Below, in pieces: positions 28,147 to 37,502 of a stretch of 41,666 bases of DNA. The position numbers were made by a program, and so were the translations under genes. The stretch is from the NCBI GenBank assembly GCA_003136675.1, contig PLFE01000140.1, positions 7,358-49,023 of the forward strand. Reading direction: 5' to 3'. Every line of letters begins with the position of its first letter. Positions within the stretch are counted from its first letter, which is position 1. Source of the stretch: Bryobacterales bacterium (GTDB lineage Bacteria > Acidobacteriota > Terriglobia > Bryobacterales > Bryobacteraceae). Under the pieces are notes generated by a model. It ran no database searches and had not been told where the DNA came from. It worked only from the letters and a program-made list of their open reading frames with translations.

Positions 28147-28638
28147 ATGCCGCCGATCACCGAATGGCAGACGCTCTTCGCGGTGCAGGCGAGTGCTTCG
28201 GCGACGCTGACGGGCTTGGTGTTTGTCGCGGTTTCGATTAACCTGTCCCGAATCCTGAGCGTCCACGGCCTTTCCGGGCGCGCCCTGGAATCGATAGTGC
28301 AGTTTCTCCAGGTATTCTTTTTGTGCACGGCGGTACTGATCCCGCGACAGCCTATTCGGGTACTCGGCGCTGAAGTTCTGGTAATTGCGATTGTCTCTTG
28401 GACCATGCAGGTTGGAACGCATGTCAGCTACGCGAAGTCGCGCTCGGGCCATCCACTCATCTGGCTGATTACGAGGATTGTGCAGACCCAGCTTGCCAGC
28501 ATTCCCCTTTTCGTCGCCGGGGTCTATCTGCTCCTTGGATTCCCCATCGGTCTCTATTGGCTCATACCGGGGTTCGTCTTCTCCTTCGTCGCAGGCGTCG
28601 CAAACGCCTGGGTGCTTCTCGTCGAGATCCTCCGGTAG
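28147..28638 (+). CDS. hypothetical integral membrane protein (~5 TM)
   Basis: Hydrophobic segments; 12 nt after the VWA gene stop. Confidence 0.5.
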   Translation: MPPITEWQTLFAVQASASATLTGLVFVAVSINLSRILSVHGLSGRALESIVQFLQVFFLCTAVLIPRQPIRVLGAEVLVIAIVSWTMQVGTHVSYAKSRSGHPLIWLITRIVQTQLASIPLFVAGVYLLLGFPIGLYWLIPGFVFSFVAGVANAWVLLVEILR

Positions 28639-28859
28639 CGCCGCGGGCCGAGCCAGAACCTTTTACGGAAGACCAAAGCGGGCTAACCTAAAGAGCGAGT
28701 CACAAGACATCTGGGTCGAATACACCCTTGAGGATTTCCACCGTGAAGCCGATAGCCTTGACCGCGTGGGGGCGTAACACCGGCCGCGCCGCTGGCGATC
28801 ACAACAACATCGTGAATCTCCGGAGAGTTCTTGATCGGTCCGCCGACTAAGATTATATT

Positions 28860-30704
28860 TTGACTGAACTCCTCGCGCCGCTCCGGCAATACTGGGGCTA
28901 CGACTCCTTCCGTCCGCTGCAGGATCGCATCGTGCGGAGCCTGGTGGACGGCCACGATGTCGCGGTGGTCATGCCCACAGGCGGCGGAAAATCGCTCTGC
29001 TACCAACTGCCGGCGCTGGTCTCGGGCCGAACGGTAGTGGTGATTTCGCCGCTGATCTCACTGATGCAGGACCAGGCCGCGCAGCTCGCGCAAATGGGTA
29101 TTCCGGCGGCCGTGCTGAACAGCTCAATGGGAGCGGCGGAGCAATCGAGAACCATGCGTGCGGCGATGGAAGGGGCCTACCGGCTGTTGTATCTTTCGCC
29201 TGAGAGGCTGGCCCGGCAAGATACCGCGGGGTGGCTGGCGCGCGTCCCCATGGCGTTCTTCGCCATCGACGAAGCGCACTGCATTTCGGAATGGGGCCAT
29301 GAATTCCGGCCGGAGTATCGCCAGTTGAGCCGGCTGCGCGAACAGTTTCCGAACCTGCCCATCGCCGCGTTCACGGCGAGCGCGACGAAGCGCGTGCGGC
29401 AGGACATTCTCGATCAACTGGGCCTGCGCGCTCCGCACAAATACATCGCCAGTTTCCACCGGTCCAATCTGCGCTACCTGGTAAAGGAATGCAAGCCGGA
29501 TACGCAAGGCAAGCTTCTGCTGCGGGCCATGGAGGCGCACGAGGGATCGAATGTGATCGTGTACGCGCCCACCATCGCCCGCGTGGAAGAGACAGTGGAT
29601 TTTCTGGGTGATCACGGCATCTCCGCGGTGCCATATCACGGGCAGATGGATAACGTGAACCGCCAGAGGAATCAGGAGCGCTGGATGTCGGACGAGGTGC
29701 GTATTCTGGTGGGCACGCTGGCTTTTGGACTGGGCATTAACAAGCCGGCTGTACGGGCGGTGATTCACCTGTCCTTACCGAAATCCATTGAGCAGTATTA
29801 CCAGGAAGCGGGCCGCGCGGGACGCGACGGCGAGACGGCCGACTGCGCGCTTTTGTGGCAGAAGAAGGACGCGGGTCTGCTGGCATACTTCTGCGAACAG
29901 TTGGCCGGGAAGGAAGAGAAGCAGCGTGCGTGGGAGCGGTATCACTCGATCAAGAACTTTGTCACCAATGAGCAGTGCCGCGACCGGCAAATCTGCATGC
30001 ATTTTGGAGAGACGCCGAAGTGGATGAACTGCGGCGCGTGCGACCAGTGTGGGGAGTTACCGGAGTGGATGGCGGAGAAGCGATTCCTGGAAGGGTTGCG
30101 CCCGAAGAAGTGGCGGCAGGAGCGCGCGGTGGATCCGGAGCTGATGGAGTTCCTGCGCGAGTGGCGGCGCGAGATCGCACGCCGTCAACAAGTAGCCGCG
30201 TTCCTGATTCTGACCGACGCGACGCTGCACGATGTCTGCGCGAAGCGGCCGCGGGGCATGGATGAGCTGACCGGGATTACGGGAATGGGAGAGCGGAAAG
30301 CGCAGCAGTATGGCATGGAGATCCTGCGCGCGCTGGAACGTTTTCAAGCGGGCGAGCGCGCGACGGCCCAGCCGCCCGTGGAGGCTATGTCCGGCCCGGC
30401 GCAGGAGACGCTGCGGCTGCTGAATGATGGAAAGAGCTTCGAGGAAATTGCGCAACTGCGGGGACGGCAAGTGAGCACCGTGGTCGGTTTGATCGCCACG
30501 CTGGTGGAGCAGGGGAAGCTGGCGTTTCGGACCGACTGGGTGCGGGCGGGGTTTCTGGAAACCGTGGAATCCGCGGCGAGTGAACTGGGGCATCAATGGT
30601 TGAAGCCGCTGAAAGAGCGGGTGCCGGATGCCACCTATGACGAGATCCGGCTGGTAGTGGCCAAGCTGCGCAGTGAAGCGCTGCCCCGTACAATCAGTAC
30701 GTGA
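28860..30704 (+). CDS. recQ: ATP-dependent DNA helicase RecQ
   Basis: 'FRPLQ', 'MPTGGGKSLCYQLPA', DEAH 'IDEAHCISEWGHEFRP', zinc-binding Cys cluster, C-terminal HRDC-like region. Confidence 0.93.
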   Translation: MTELLAPLRQYWGYDSFRPLQDRIVRSLVDGHDVAVVMPTGGGKSLCYQLPALVSGRTVVVISPLISLMQDQAAQLAQMGIPAAVLNSSMGAAEQSRTMRAAMEGAYRLLYLSPERLARQDTAGWLARVPMAFFAIDEAHCISEWGHEFRPEYRQLSRLREQFPNLPIAAFTASATKRVRQDILDQLGLRAPHKYIASFHRSNLRYLVKECKPDTQGKLLLRAMEAHEGSNVIVYAPTIARVEETVDFLGDHGISAVPYHGQMDNVNRQRNQERWMSDEVRILVGTLAFGLGINKPAVRAVIHLSLPKSIEQYYQEAGRAGRDGETADCALLWQKKDAGLLAYFCEQLAGKEEKQRAWERYHSIKNFVTNEQCRDRQICMHFGETPKWMNCGACDQCGELPEWMAEKRFLEGLRPKKWRQERAVDPELMEFLREWRREIARRQQVAAFLILTDATLHDVCAKRPRGMDELTGITGMGERKAQQYGMEILRALERFQAGERATAQPPVEAMSGPAQETLRLLNDGKSFEEIAQLRGRQVSTVVGLIATLVEQGKLAFRTDWVRAGFLETVESAASELGHQWLKPLKERVPDATYDEIRLVVAKLRSEALPRTIST

Positions 30705-31765
30705 TTCGAACGTTGGTGTTGATGTTTTCCTGCGCGGCTATTGCGGCTGCGGCGTGGGATGCGCGCGTGATCGCGGACGACTTGCAGGGCGGCTACCAGG
30801 TGGTGATCGCCGATGTGAACCACGACGGGAAGCCCGATCTGATTGCTGTGGCGAGCGGGCAGACCGATCTGGTGTGGTACGAGAACCCGACCTGGAAGCG
30901 GCATGTGATCGCGTCGGGCTTGCATCACATGATCAATGTGGCGGCGCTCGATATCGACGGCGACGGAATTCCCGAGATTGCGGTGGCTTATGAATTTGCC
31001 AACGAGGCGAAGAAGAGCCTGGGGATTGTGGCGGTGCTGCATCACGACGGAGACGCGGCGCGGCCCTGGAAGCTGCGCGAGATTGATCGCCTGCCCACCT
31101 CTCACCGGCTGCGCTGGGCTCGATGGAACGGTAAAGACATTCTGGTGAACGCGCCGCTGACGGCGCCGGCGGCGGTTCCTCCGCTCTACGAGGGACGCGT
31201 GCCCCTGGTTTTCTATCGCCCCGGCGAATGGAAGCGCGAGACGATCGACATGGTGAACCAGGGCGTGCAACATGGAATTTATGTTTCGCCGCATGGTTTG
31301 TCGGATCACATTTTGACGGCTAGTTTTTCGGGGATCGATCATTACCAGTTCGAGGCCGGTAAGTGGGATCGGCGCGAGATTAGCCGTGGGGATCCGAGAG
31401 CGTGTCCGCAGTGCGGGTCAAGCGACGTGGCGGTGGGACATATGAATGGCGCTGAGATGATTGTCGGGATTGAGCCGTGGCACGGGAATCAGGTTGTGGC
31501 TTACTTTGAATCGCACCATCAGTGGGTGCGGAACGTGATTGATGACGGGTTGACGGATGGACATACGATCCTAGTGGCCGGTGGAACGGTGGTGGTTGGG
31601 TTTCGCGGGAACGGCGGCGGGGTGCGGGCTTATACGCAAGCGAAGGATGGTAAGTGGCGCAAGAGCGTAGTGGAGGATGGGACGCCGGCGGCGTCTTGCG
31701 CCGCGGATAACGGGGAACTGTTTTGTATTGGCGGGACGAAGATTACGTCTTATCGGATGCGGTGA
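30701..31765 (+). CDS. secreted FG-GAP / VCBS-repeat protein
   Basis: 'DVNHDGKPDL', 'DIDGDGIPEI' Ca-binding repeats; GTG start overlapping the recQ stop (GTGA); alternative ATG at 30722. Confidence 0.7.
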   Translation: MIRTLVLMFSCAAIAAAAWDARVIADDLQGGYQVVIADVNHDGKPDLIAVASGQTDLVWYENPTWKRHVIASGLHHMINVAALDIDGDGIPEIAVAYEFANEAKKSLGIVAVLHHDGDAARPWKLREIDRLPTSHRLRWARWNGKDILVNAPLTAPAAVPPLYEGRVPLVFYRPGEWKRETIDMVNQGVQHGIYVSPHGLSDHILTASFSGIDHYQFEAGKWDRREISRGDPRACPQCGSSDVAVGHMNGAEMIVGIEPWHGNQVVAYFESHHQWVRNVIDDGLTDGHTILVAGGTVVVGFRGNGGGVRAYTQAKDGKWRKSVVEDGTPAASCAADNGELFCIGGTKITSYRMR

Positions 31766-31781
31766 AGACGTAAGGAATTCC

Positions 31782-32200
31782 TCAGCCCGGATAGCAACCC
31801 AGTTCTTTCGATCCCTTCCGCACTGCCTGCCACGCGAGCCGGCGGTCAAAGCTGACCAAGGTTCCCTTGTGCCGCGCGGCCAATCCGAGCAGGTAGACAT
31901 CCGCCACCTGGCGCGTTGCGACTACCAGCGCGCCCTCGAAGAGAGAATCATCGGTAATCGAGACGTCGCCCACCCAGAATTCGAATGAGCCGGAGAACGG
32001 GCTCTTGAGTGCGGCCAAGACCTGGATCACCTCCGCTGGCGTGCGCTGTCCACTGGGGTAAGCCTAAGCGGACCAGATCGGATACAACGCGTCCCAGCGT
32101 TTCCTCTCGTTCCCGCGCCAGATCTTTCGCCACGCGCAGGATTTGATGCCGTGATGTCAAGATGCAACGGCATCTCATAAGACAGATCGGCGAATCGGAG
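31782..32200 (-). pseudogene. decayed vapBC locus: antitoxin fragments in two frames, then only the C-terminal half of a PIN toxin
   Basis: Antitoxin pieces 'MPLHLDITA' and 'ILRVAKDLAREREETLGRVVSDLVRLGL' (compare the intact VapB at 9556..9819); toxin piece 'FEFWVGDVSITDD...VADVYLLGLAARHKGTLVSFDRRLA' begins at a GTG (32030) with an in-frame TAG just upstream; the PIN N-terminal half is absent. Confidence 0.45.
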
Positions 32201-32207
32201 AATAACA

Positions 32208-32591
32208 TTGATGACGCGCGTTCGAATCGACAAGTGGCTCTGGGCCGCACGCTTCTTCAAGACGCGTTCGCTGGCGGCCCGGGCGTGTGAGATGGGGCGA
32301 ATTGAAGTGGGTGGTCAACCGGCTAAAGCCGCGCGCGAGGTCAAGACGCGCGACACCCTGCAAATCAAGAACGACAGCGGCGAGTTTCAGGTGGAAGTGC
32401 TGGACCTGAGTGAGATACGCGGGCCGGCGGCGGTAGCGCAGAGGCTCTATCGCGAAACCGAAGCCAGCCGCGAACTGCGGTTAAAACTGGCGGAAGAGCG
32501 CAAGGGGATGGTCCACTTCGAAGCACAACGGGAAGGCAAACCGTCGAAGCGGGACCGCCGTGAGCTTGACCGGCTGAAAGGCAGAAATTGA
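32208..32591 (+). CDS. hslR: ribosome-associated heat-shock protein Hsp15 (S4-domain RNA-binding)
   Basis: 'RIDKWLWAARFFKTRSLA' S4 signature; basic C-terminal tail. Confidence 0.8.
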   Translation: MMTRVRIDKWLWAARFFKTRSLAARACEMGRIEVGGQPAKAAREVKTRDTLQIKNDSGEFQVEVLDLSEIRGPAAVAQRLYRETEASRELRLKLAEERKGMVHFEAQREGKPSKRDRRELDRLKGRN

Positions 32592-32645
32592 ACGACCGCG
32601 ACACCAAGTAGCGCAAGGCTTCACCGCGAGTGAAATAATGAACGA

Positions 32646-35642
32646 GTGAAGCATCTCCGGGCCGTTTTCGTTGTGCTTGCCCTCGTCGCGAACCACGCCT
32701 CGGCGGCCGGTGCTCCCGCGCTCGACCGGCAGTTTGAGAAAACTGTTCGCCCGTTTGTCGCGCAGTACTGCTTCGCCTGCCATAGCGGCAAAACGCCTGC
32801 CGCGCAGTTCGACCTGAAGGCCTTCACCAGCGTCGATCAAGTGACCGCCGATTTTCCCCGTTGGGCCCTGGTGGCTGACCGTCTCACCGCGAAAGAAATG
32901 CCACCAAAGCCCGTACCATCTCCGCCTGTGGAGGCGACCCAGCAGGTGATCGCGTGGATTCAGGCCGTTCGCGCGGAACTTGTTCGGAAGTCCGCGGGCG
33001 ATCCAGGAGTGGTGCTGGCGCGCCGTTTGAGCAATTCGGAGTACAACTACACGGTCCGCGATCTCACCGGCCAGGATATGCAGGTGACGCGGGAGTTTCC
33101 GGTGGACCCGGCCAATTCGGCGGGGTTCGACAACTCGGGTGAGTCGCTCACCATGTCGCCCACTTTGCTCAATAAGTACCTCCAGGCGGGGCGCGAAGTG
33201 GCCGACCGCACGGTGCTCACGCCCGATGGAATCGACTTCGCCCCCCATCCCATGCTGGTCGAGACAGATCGCGACAAGTACGCCATCCAGCGCATCGTCG
33301 CCTTCTATCAACGGCAGCCCACCGATTATGCGGATTACTTCGAGGCGGCGTGGCGTTTCCGTTACCGGGTTGCTCTCGGGAAGCCGGGCGCCACACTGCC
33401 CGGCGTCGCGGCGGATGCGAAGCTGAGCCCGAAGTATCTGCCTGTAATCTGGGGAATCCTGCATGACCCGGAACCTGTCGGCCCCGTTCTGAAGCTTCAG
33501 ACGATGTGGCGCGCCTTACCCGCTCCGGTCGCTCACAACCCAGATGTGGTCCGCGCCAAGTGTGTCGAGATGCGCGATTTCGTGGTGCGCATCCGGGCCC
33601 ACACCGCCATGCAGTTCGCCGCGCCGCTGGTGAAAGGTTTGCCGGCACAATCCCAGCCGCTGGTGAATTGGAAGCTGCGCGAGTTCGCCTCGCACCGCCG
33701 CGACAGCGATCCGCTCGATCTTCGAAACGACACCGATCCGCCAGAGGCTGTGCCCGAGATTCCCGATTATCCAGGGCTGCATAAGGAAGCCGCGCCGCGC
33801 TGGGCCGCTCTCTCCGCGAAGGCTCGCGCGGGCGACGCGGACCTGGTCGTACCGGCGGCGCAGCGCAGCCGTTATCAGGCGGCGTTCCAGCGCTTTGCTT
33901 CCGTCTTCCCCGATGCTTTCTATATCACCGAACGCGGCCGCTACTACCCCGACGATTCCGAGGACAAGGGCCGGCTGCTCAGCGCGGGATACCACAGCGT
34001 GCTCGGCTTCTTCCGTGACGATGCGCCGTTAATGGAGATGGTCCTCGACGAAAAAGGGCGCAAAGAAATCGACCGTCTGTGGGATGAATTCGATTTCATC
34101 GCCAATTTCACGGCGCGCACCTGGACGCAGTATTTCTTCAATCAAAGCGGCGAAGTGGAGGGCAAAGGACCCGAATCCGGCACGGCGCGTCCGGCGGACC
34201 GTCCCATCACCGACCCGGCGGTGATCCAGGCGATGCGGGACGCGTATCTGGCGAAGGCCGCGGCCGACCCGGCGAACGATCCCGTGGCCCCCGAAGCCAT
34301 CCGCGATCACTTCGATCGCGTCAACAGCACCCTCCGCAAATTGGAAAAGGAGCGGGACGACGCGGAGCCGAAACATCTGGAAGCTCTCCTCCGCTTCGCC
34401 GCGCACGCCTACCGGCGGCCGCTGACTCAAGCGGAGCGCAGCGACCTCTTGGCCTACTACCACGCGCTTCGGACCAAAGACGAACTCTCGCACGAAGACG
34501 CCATCCGGGATTCGATTGTCAGCATTCTGATGTCGCCGGATTTCCTGTACCGGCTTGATCTTTCTAATGGCGGGATAACACGGAGAGCACCAGTGCAACC
34601 CCTCTCCAGCTATCCCCTGGCCAGCCGTTTGAGCTATTTTCTGTGGTCCAGCATGCCTGACGACGTATTACTGCGGCATGCGGCGGCGGGCGATCTGCTA
34701 CGCCCCGCCGTTCTGCTCGCCCAGACGCGGCGCATGTTGAAGGATCGCCGTGTACGCGGACTGGCCACCGAATTTACAGGTAACTGGCTGAGCTTCCGCC
34801 AATTCGAAACCAACAACGCGGTGGATCGCGCGCGTTTTCCCAGCTTCGACAACGATTTGCGCGAGGCGATGTTTCAGGAACCAATCCGGTTGATCGATGA
34901 TGCGATCACCAACAATCGCTCGGTGCTGGACCTGATTTATGGCGATTACACGTTTGTGAATCCCGTGCTGGCGAAGCACTACGGCATCCCCGGCGTGACG
35001 GGCGACGCGGACGGGTGGGTTCGCGTGGACGATGCCTCGCAGTACGGCCGCGGCGGTCTGTTACCCATGGCCGTGTTTCTCACCCAGAACTCGCCCGGGC
35101 TGAGGACGAGTCCGGTGAAGCGCGGCAATTGGGTGGTGCAGAAGGTGCTGGGAGTGAGAATCCCGCCGCCCCCGCCCGTGGTCCCGGAACTGGCGAGCGA
35201 TGAATCGAAGTCCGACCTGCCTGTGCGTGACATGCTGGCCCGGCACCGCGCCAACCCTGTGTGCGCGGCTTGCCATTCCAAGTTCGATTCCTTCGGCCTG
35301 GCGTTCGAGGGCTATGGGCCGGTGGGAGATGCTCGGACGAAAGACCTGGCGGGCCGGCCGGTGGATACCGCCGTGACCTATCCCGGCGGCATTCCCGGTA
35401 CCGGACTCGAAGGGCTCCGCAATTTTATCCGCGAACATCGCCAAAATGAATTTGTGGGTAATCTTTGCCGCAAACTTCTCGCCTATGCTTTGAACCGTTC
35501 GCTCCAGCTCTCCGACGAACCGCTTGTGGGACGAATGGAAACCGAGCTTACGGCGAACGGGTACCGGTTCGATTCGCTGGTGGAGACCATCGTAACGAGC
35601 CCGCAGTTTTTGAATCGAAGAATTCCGGAGGCCGCGGATTGA
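32646..35642 (+). CDS. DUF1592/DUF1595/DUF1587/DUF1588/DUF1585 (PSCyt/PSD1-type) protein with two c-type haem-binding motifs
   Basis: GTG start and signal peptide; 'YCFACHSG' near the N-terminus and 'VCAACHSKFDSFG' near the C-terminus (both CxxCH); ~1000 aa. Confidence 0.8.
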   Translation: MKHLRAVFVVLALVANHASAAGAPALDRQFEKTVRPFVAQYCFACHSGKTPAAQFDLKAFTSVDQVTADFPRWALVADRLTAKEMPPKPVPSPPVEATQQVIAWIQAVRAELVRKSAGDPGVVLARRLSNSEYNYTVRDLTGQDMQVTREFPVDPANSAGFDNSGESLTMSPTLLNKYLQAGREVADRTVLTPDGIDFAPHPMLVETDRDKYAIQRIVAFYQRQPTDYADYFEAAWRFRYRVALGKPGATLPGVAADAKLSPKYLPVIWGILHDPEPVGPVLKLQTMWRALPAPVAHNPDVVRAKCVEMRDFVVRIRAHTAMQFAAPLVKGLPAQSQPLVNWKLREFASHRRDSDPLDLRNDTDPPEAVPEIPDYPGLHKEAAPRWAALSAKARAGDADLVVPAAQRSRYQAAFQRFASVFPDAFYITERGRYYPDDSEDKGRLLSAGYHSVLGFFRDDAPLMEMVLDEKGRKEIDRLWDEFDFIANFTARTWTQYFFNQSGEVEGKGPESGTARPADRPITDPAVIQAMRDAYLAKAAADPANDPVAPEAIRDHFDRVNSTLRKLEKERDDAEPKHLEALLRFAAHAYRRPLTQAERSDLLAYYHALRTKDELSHEDAIRDSIVSILMSPDFLYRLDLSNGGITRRAPVQPLSSYPLASRLSYFLWSSMPDDVLLRHAAAGDLLRPAVLLAQTRRMLKDRRVRGLATEFTGNWLSFRQFETNNAVDRARFPSFDNDLREAMFQEPIRLIDDAITNNRSVLDLIYGDYTFVNPVLAKHYGIPGVTGDADGWVRVDDASQYGRGGLLPMAVFLTQNSPGLRTSPVKRGNWVVQKVLGVRIPPPPPVVPELASDESKSDLPVRDMLARHRANPVCAACHSKFDSFGLAFEGYGPVGDARTKDLAGRPVDTAVTYPGGIPGTGLEGLRNFIREHRQNEFVGNLCRKLLAYALNRSLQLSDEPLVGRMETELTANGYRFDSLVETIVTSPQFLNRRIPEAAD

Positions 35643-36973
35643 GAAAGAACATTTTGAAAAGGAACGCGCCACCCATCTCGCGCCGCACCGTGCTGCGCGG
35701 GGCCGGCTGCGCCGTGGCTCTGCCATGGCTGGAGTCTCTGCATGCCCTGGCTGATACACCGGCGGCGTCCCAATTCCCCAAACGCTTCGGCGTCGTCTTT
35801 CTGGGAAACGGCATTAACGAGGATCATTGGAGCGCCGAAGGACAGGGCGCTTCCATGAAGCTGAGCAAGACGCTGGAACCGCTGGAGCCGTTGAAACAGA
35901 AGATCAACGTCATCGACGGTCTTTATGTGAGCGCGCTCACCGGCCAGGGCATTCACCCCGCGCAAACGGGAAGTCTACTCTCCGGCGCGCACATTTCAAA
36001 AGGCGCCATCATCCACTCGGGGATTAGCGTGGATCAGAGGATTGCCAATCATGTGGGCGAGGACACCCCGCAATCCAGTATCGTTTTGGCTTGTGAGCAG
36101 CCCATGACGGGATACCACGAGACGAACTTCTCCATGGCCTACAGTTCGCACATCTCATGGCAGAGTCCGGATTCGCCGGTTCCGGTTGAGGTTTATCCTT
36201 CGCTCGCGTGGGACAACCTCTTCGATAACCGCGGCAGCCTGCTCAATATCAGTATTCTCGACCGGGTGAAAGAGCGCGCCCAGGAACTCAGCCGGAAAGT
36301 CAGCTCGTCCGACAAGGGCAAGCTGGATGAATACCTCACCAGTGTGCGTGAGGTGGAGAAGCGGGTGGAAGGGATGCGCAAAGGCAAGGCCGATGCGGAC
36401 GATTCGGCAAAGGCGAAGAACACCGTCGCCGCCACCATGGAACGCCCCGCCAACGGGCTGCCGGAAGACCTGCGCGATCATGCGCGTCTGATGTGCGACA
36501 TCATCGCCATCGCTTTTCAGACCAACAAGACCCGCGTGGCCTCGCTGATTATCTCCCGCGATCTTTCCGCGATGTACTATCCGTTTCTGGATGTGAAGGA
36601 TGGGCACCATGCCGCATCGCACGACAATAATTCCGACGGATACGAACGCATCTCCCGCTTCCATGTGAGCCAGTATGCTTACCTGGCGTCGAAACTGGAC
36701 AGCATGAAAGAAGGCGATGGAACGGTTCTGGACAACACGTGTCTGATGTTCCTTTCGAACATGTGGATTGGCCGGAAGCACGATAACTTCCGGTTACCGG
36801 TGGTGCTGGCCGGTGGATTGGGTGGCACGCTCCAGACAGGCCGCACCCTGAACTATCTGAAGGCGGGCGAAGACAGCCGCAAGATGTGCAGCTTATATCT
36901 TTCGTTGATGGATCGCTTTGGGTTGAAGCTCGACCGGCTTGCCGATTCCGAGACACGGCTCGAAGGGCTGTAA
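35639..36973 (+). CDS. DUF1552 domain protein with Tat signal
   Basis: 'SRRTVLRGAGCAVALPWLESLHA' twin-arginine signal; canonical partner of DUF1592 proteins; probable TTG start overlapping the upstream stop (ATTGA). Confidence 0.75.
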   Translation: MRKNILKRNAPPISRRTVLRGAGCAVALPWLESLHALADTPAASQFPKRFGVVFLGNGINEDHWSAEGQGASMKLSKTLEPLEPLKQKINVIDGLYVSALTGQGIHPAQTGSLLSGAHISKGAIIHSGISVDQRIANHVGEDTPQSSIVLACEQPMTGYHETNFSMAYSSHISWQSPDSPVPVEVYPSLAWDNLFDNRGSLLNISILDRVKERAQELSRKVSSSDKGKLDEYLTSVREVEKRVEGMRKGKADADDSAKAKNTVAATMERPANGLPEDLRDHARLMCDIIAIAFQTNKTRVASLIISRDLSAMYYPFLDVKDGHHAASHDNNSDGYERISRFHVSQYAYLASKLDSMKEGDGTVLDNTCLMFLSNMWIGRKHDNFRLPVVLAGGLGGTLQTGRTLNYLKAGEDSRKMCSLYLSLMDRFGLKLDRLADSETRLEGL

Positions 36974-36974
36974 G

Positions 36975-37310
36975 TTAATTGACGACGCTCTGTGTCCTGA
37001 ACTCATGCGAGAGCAGGGACACCGCCGCGCAGGATTCGTTCGAGCGAATCACACGGCCCAGCGCGACCATTTTCAAGCCGCACCGTTCGTTCAGTTTCGC
37101 CGGCCAGGAGATGATCAGTTCCACCCGCTTTCCCACCGGCAACTGGGAGGTGGTTTCAAAGATGGCGCCCTTGCTGCTGATGTTGATCGTTTTGCCGGAT
37201 TGAGGAGGCAGATGCCTCCGCGAATCGAGCAGACGATATCGCAACTCGCACTCCAGATCGAATCGTATTCGGCGACGCCGTTCGGATGGTTGGGACACGT
37301 TCACACTCAC
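36975..37310 (-). CDS. PilZ-domain protein (putative c-di-GMP receptor)
   Basis: 'RRRRIRFDLECELRY' (RxxxR) and 'NISSKG' (D/NxSxxG) motifs. Confidence 0.7.
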   Translation of the reverse strand: MSVNVSQPSERRRRIRFDLECELRYRLLDSRRHLPPQSGKTINISSKGAIFETTSQLPVGKRVELIISWPAKLNERCGLKMVALGRVIRSNESCAAVSLLSHEFRTQSVVN

Positions 37311-37502
37311 TTAGTCCCTACTATCAGGTATTCGCAGTCGGGAAACAATGGACTTTTGGGTTCGTTTTTCCCCTAGCCCAAAGGTACTGCTACTCTGGCA
37401 GTTCTGGCAAGAATCTCCGAACTGAAAAACATTTGGCGTGTCCTCGCGGGGGTATTTGCGCCTCCACCTGAAGCCCCGCCTGTCCTTCCACGGCGGCCCC
37501 GG

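Noticed and set aside
28683-28859. Possible remnant of an FAD-binding oxidoreductase N-terminus ('IHDVVVIASGAAGV') on the minus strand upstream of recQ
   Set aside because: There is only a degenerate dinucleotide-fold-like motif (ASGAAG, not GxGxxG), and the ORF is only open because it runs antisense into recQ. This is insufficient to call a gene fragment.
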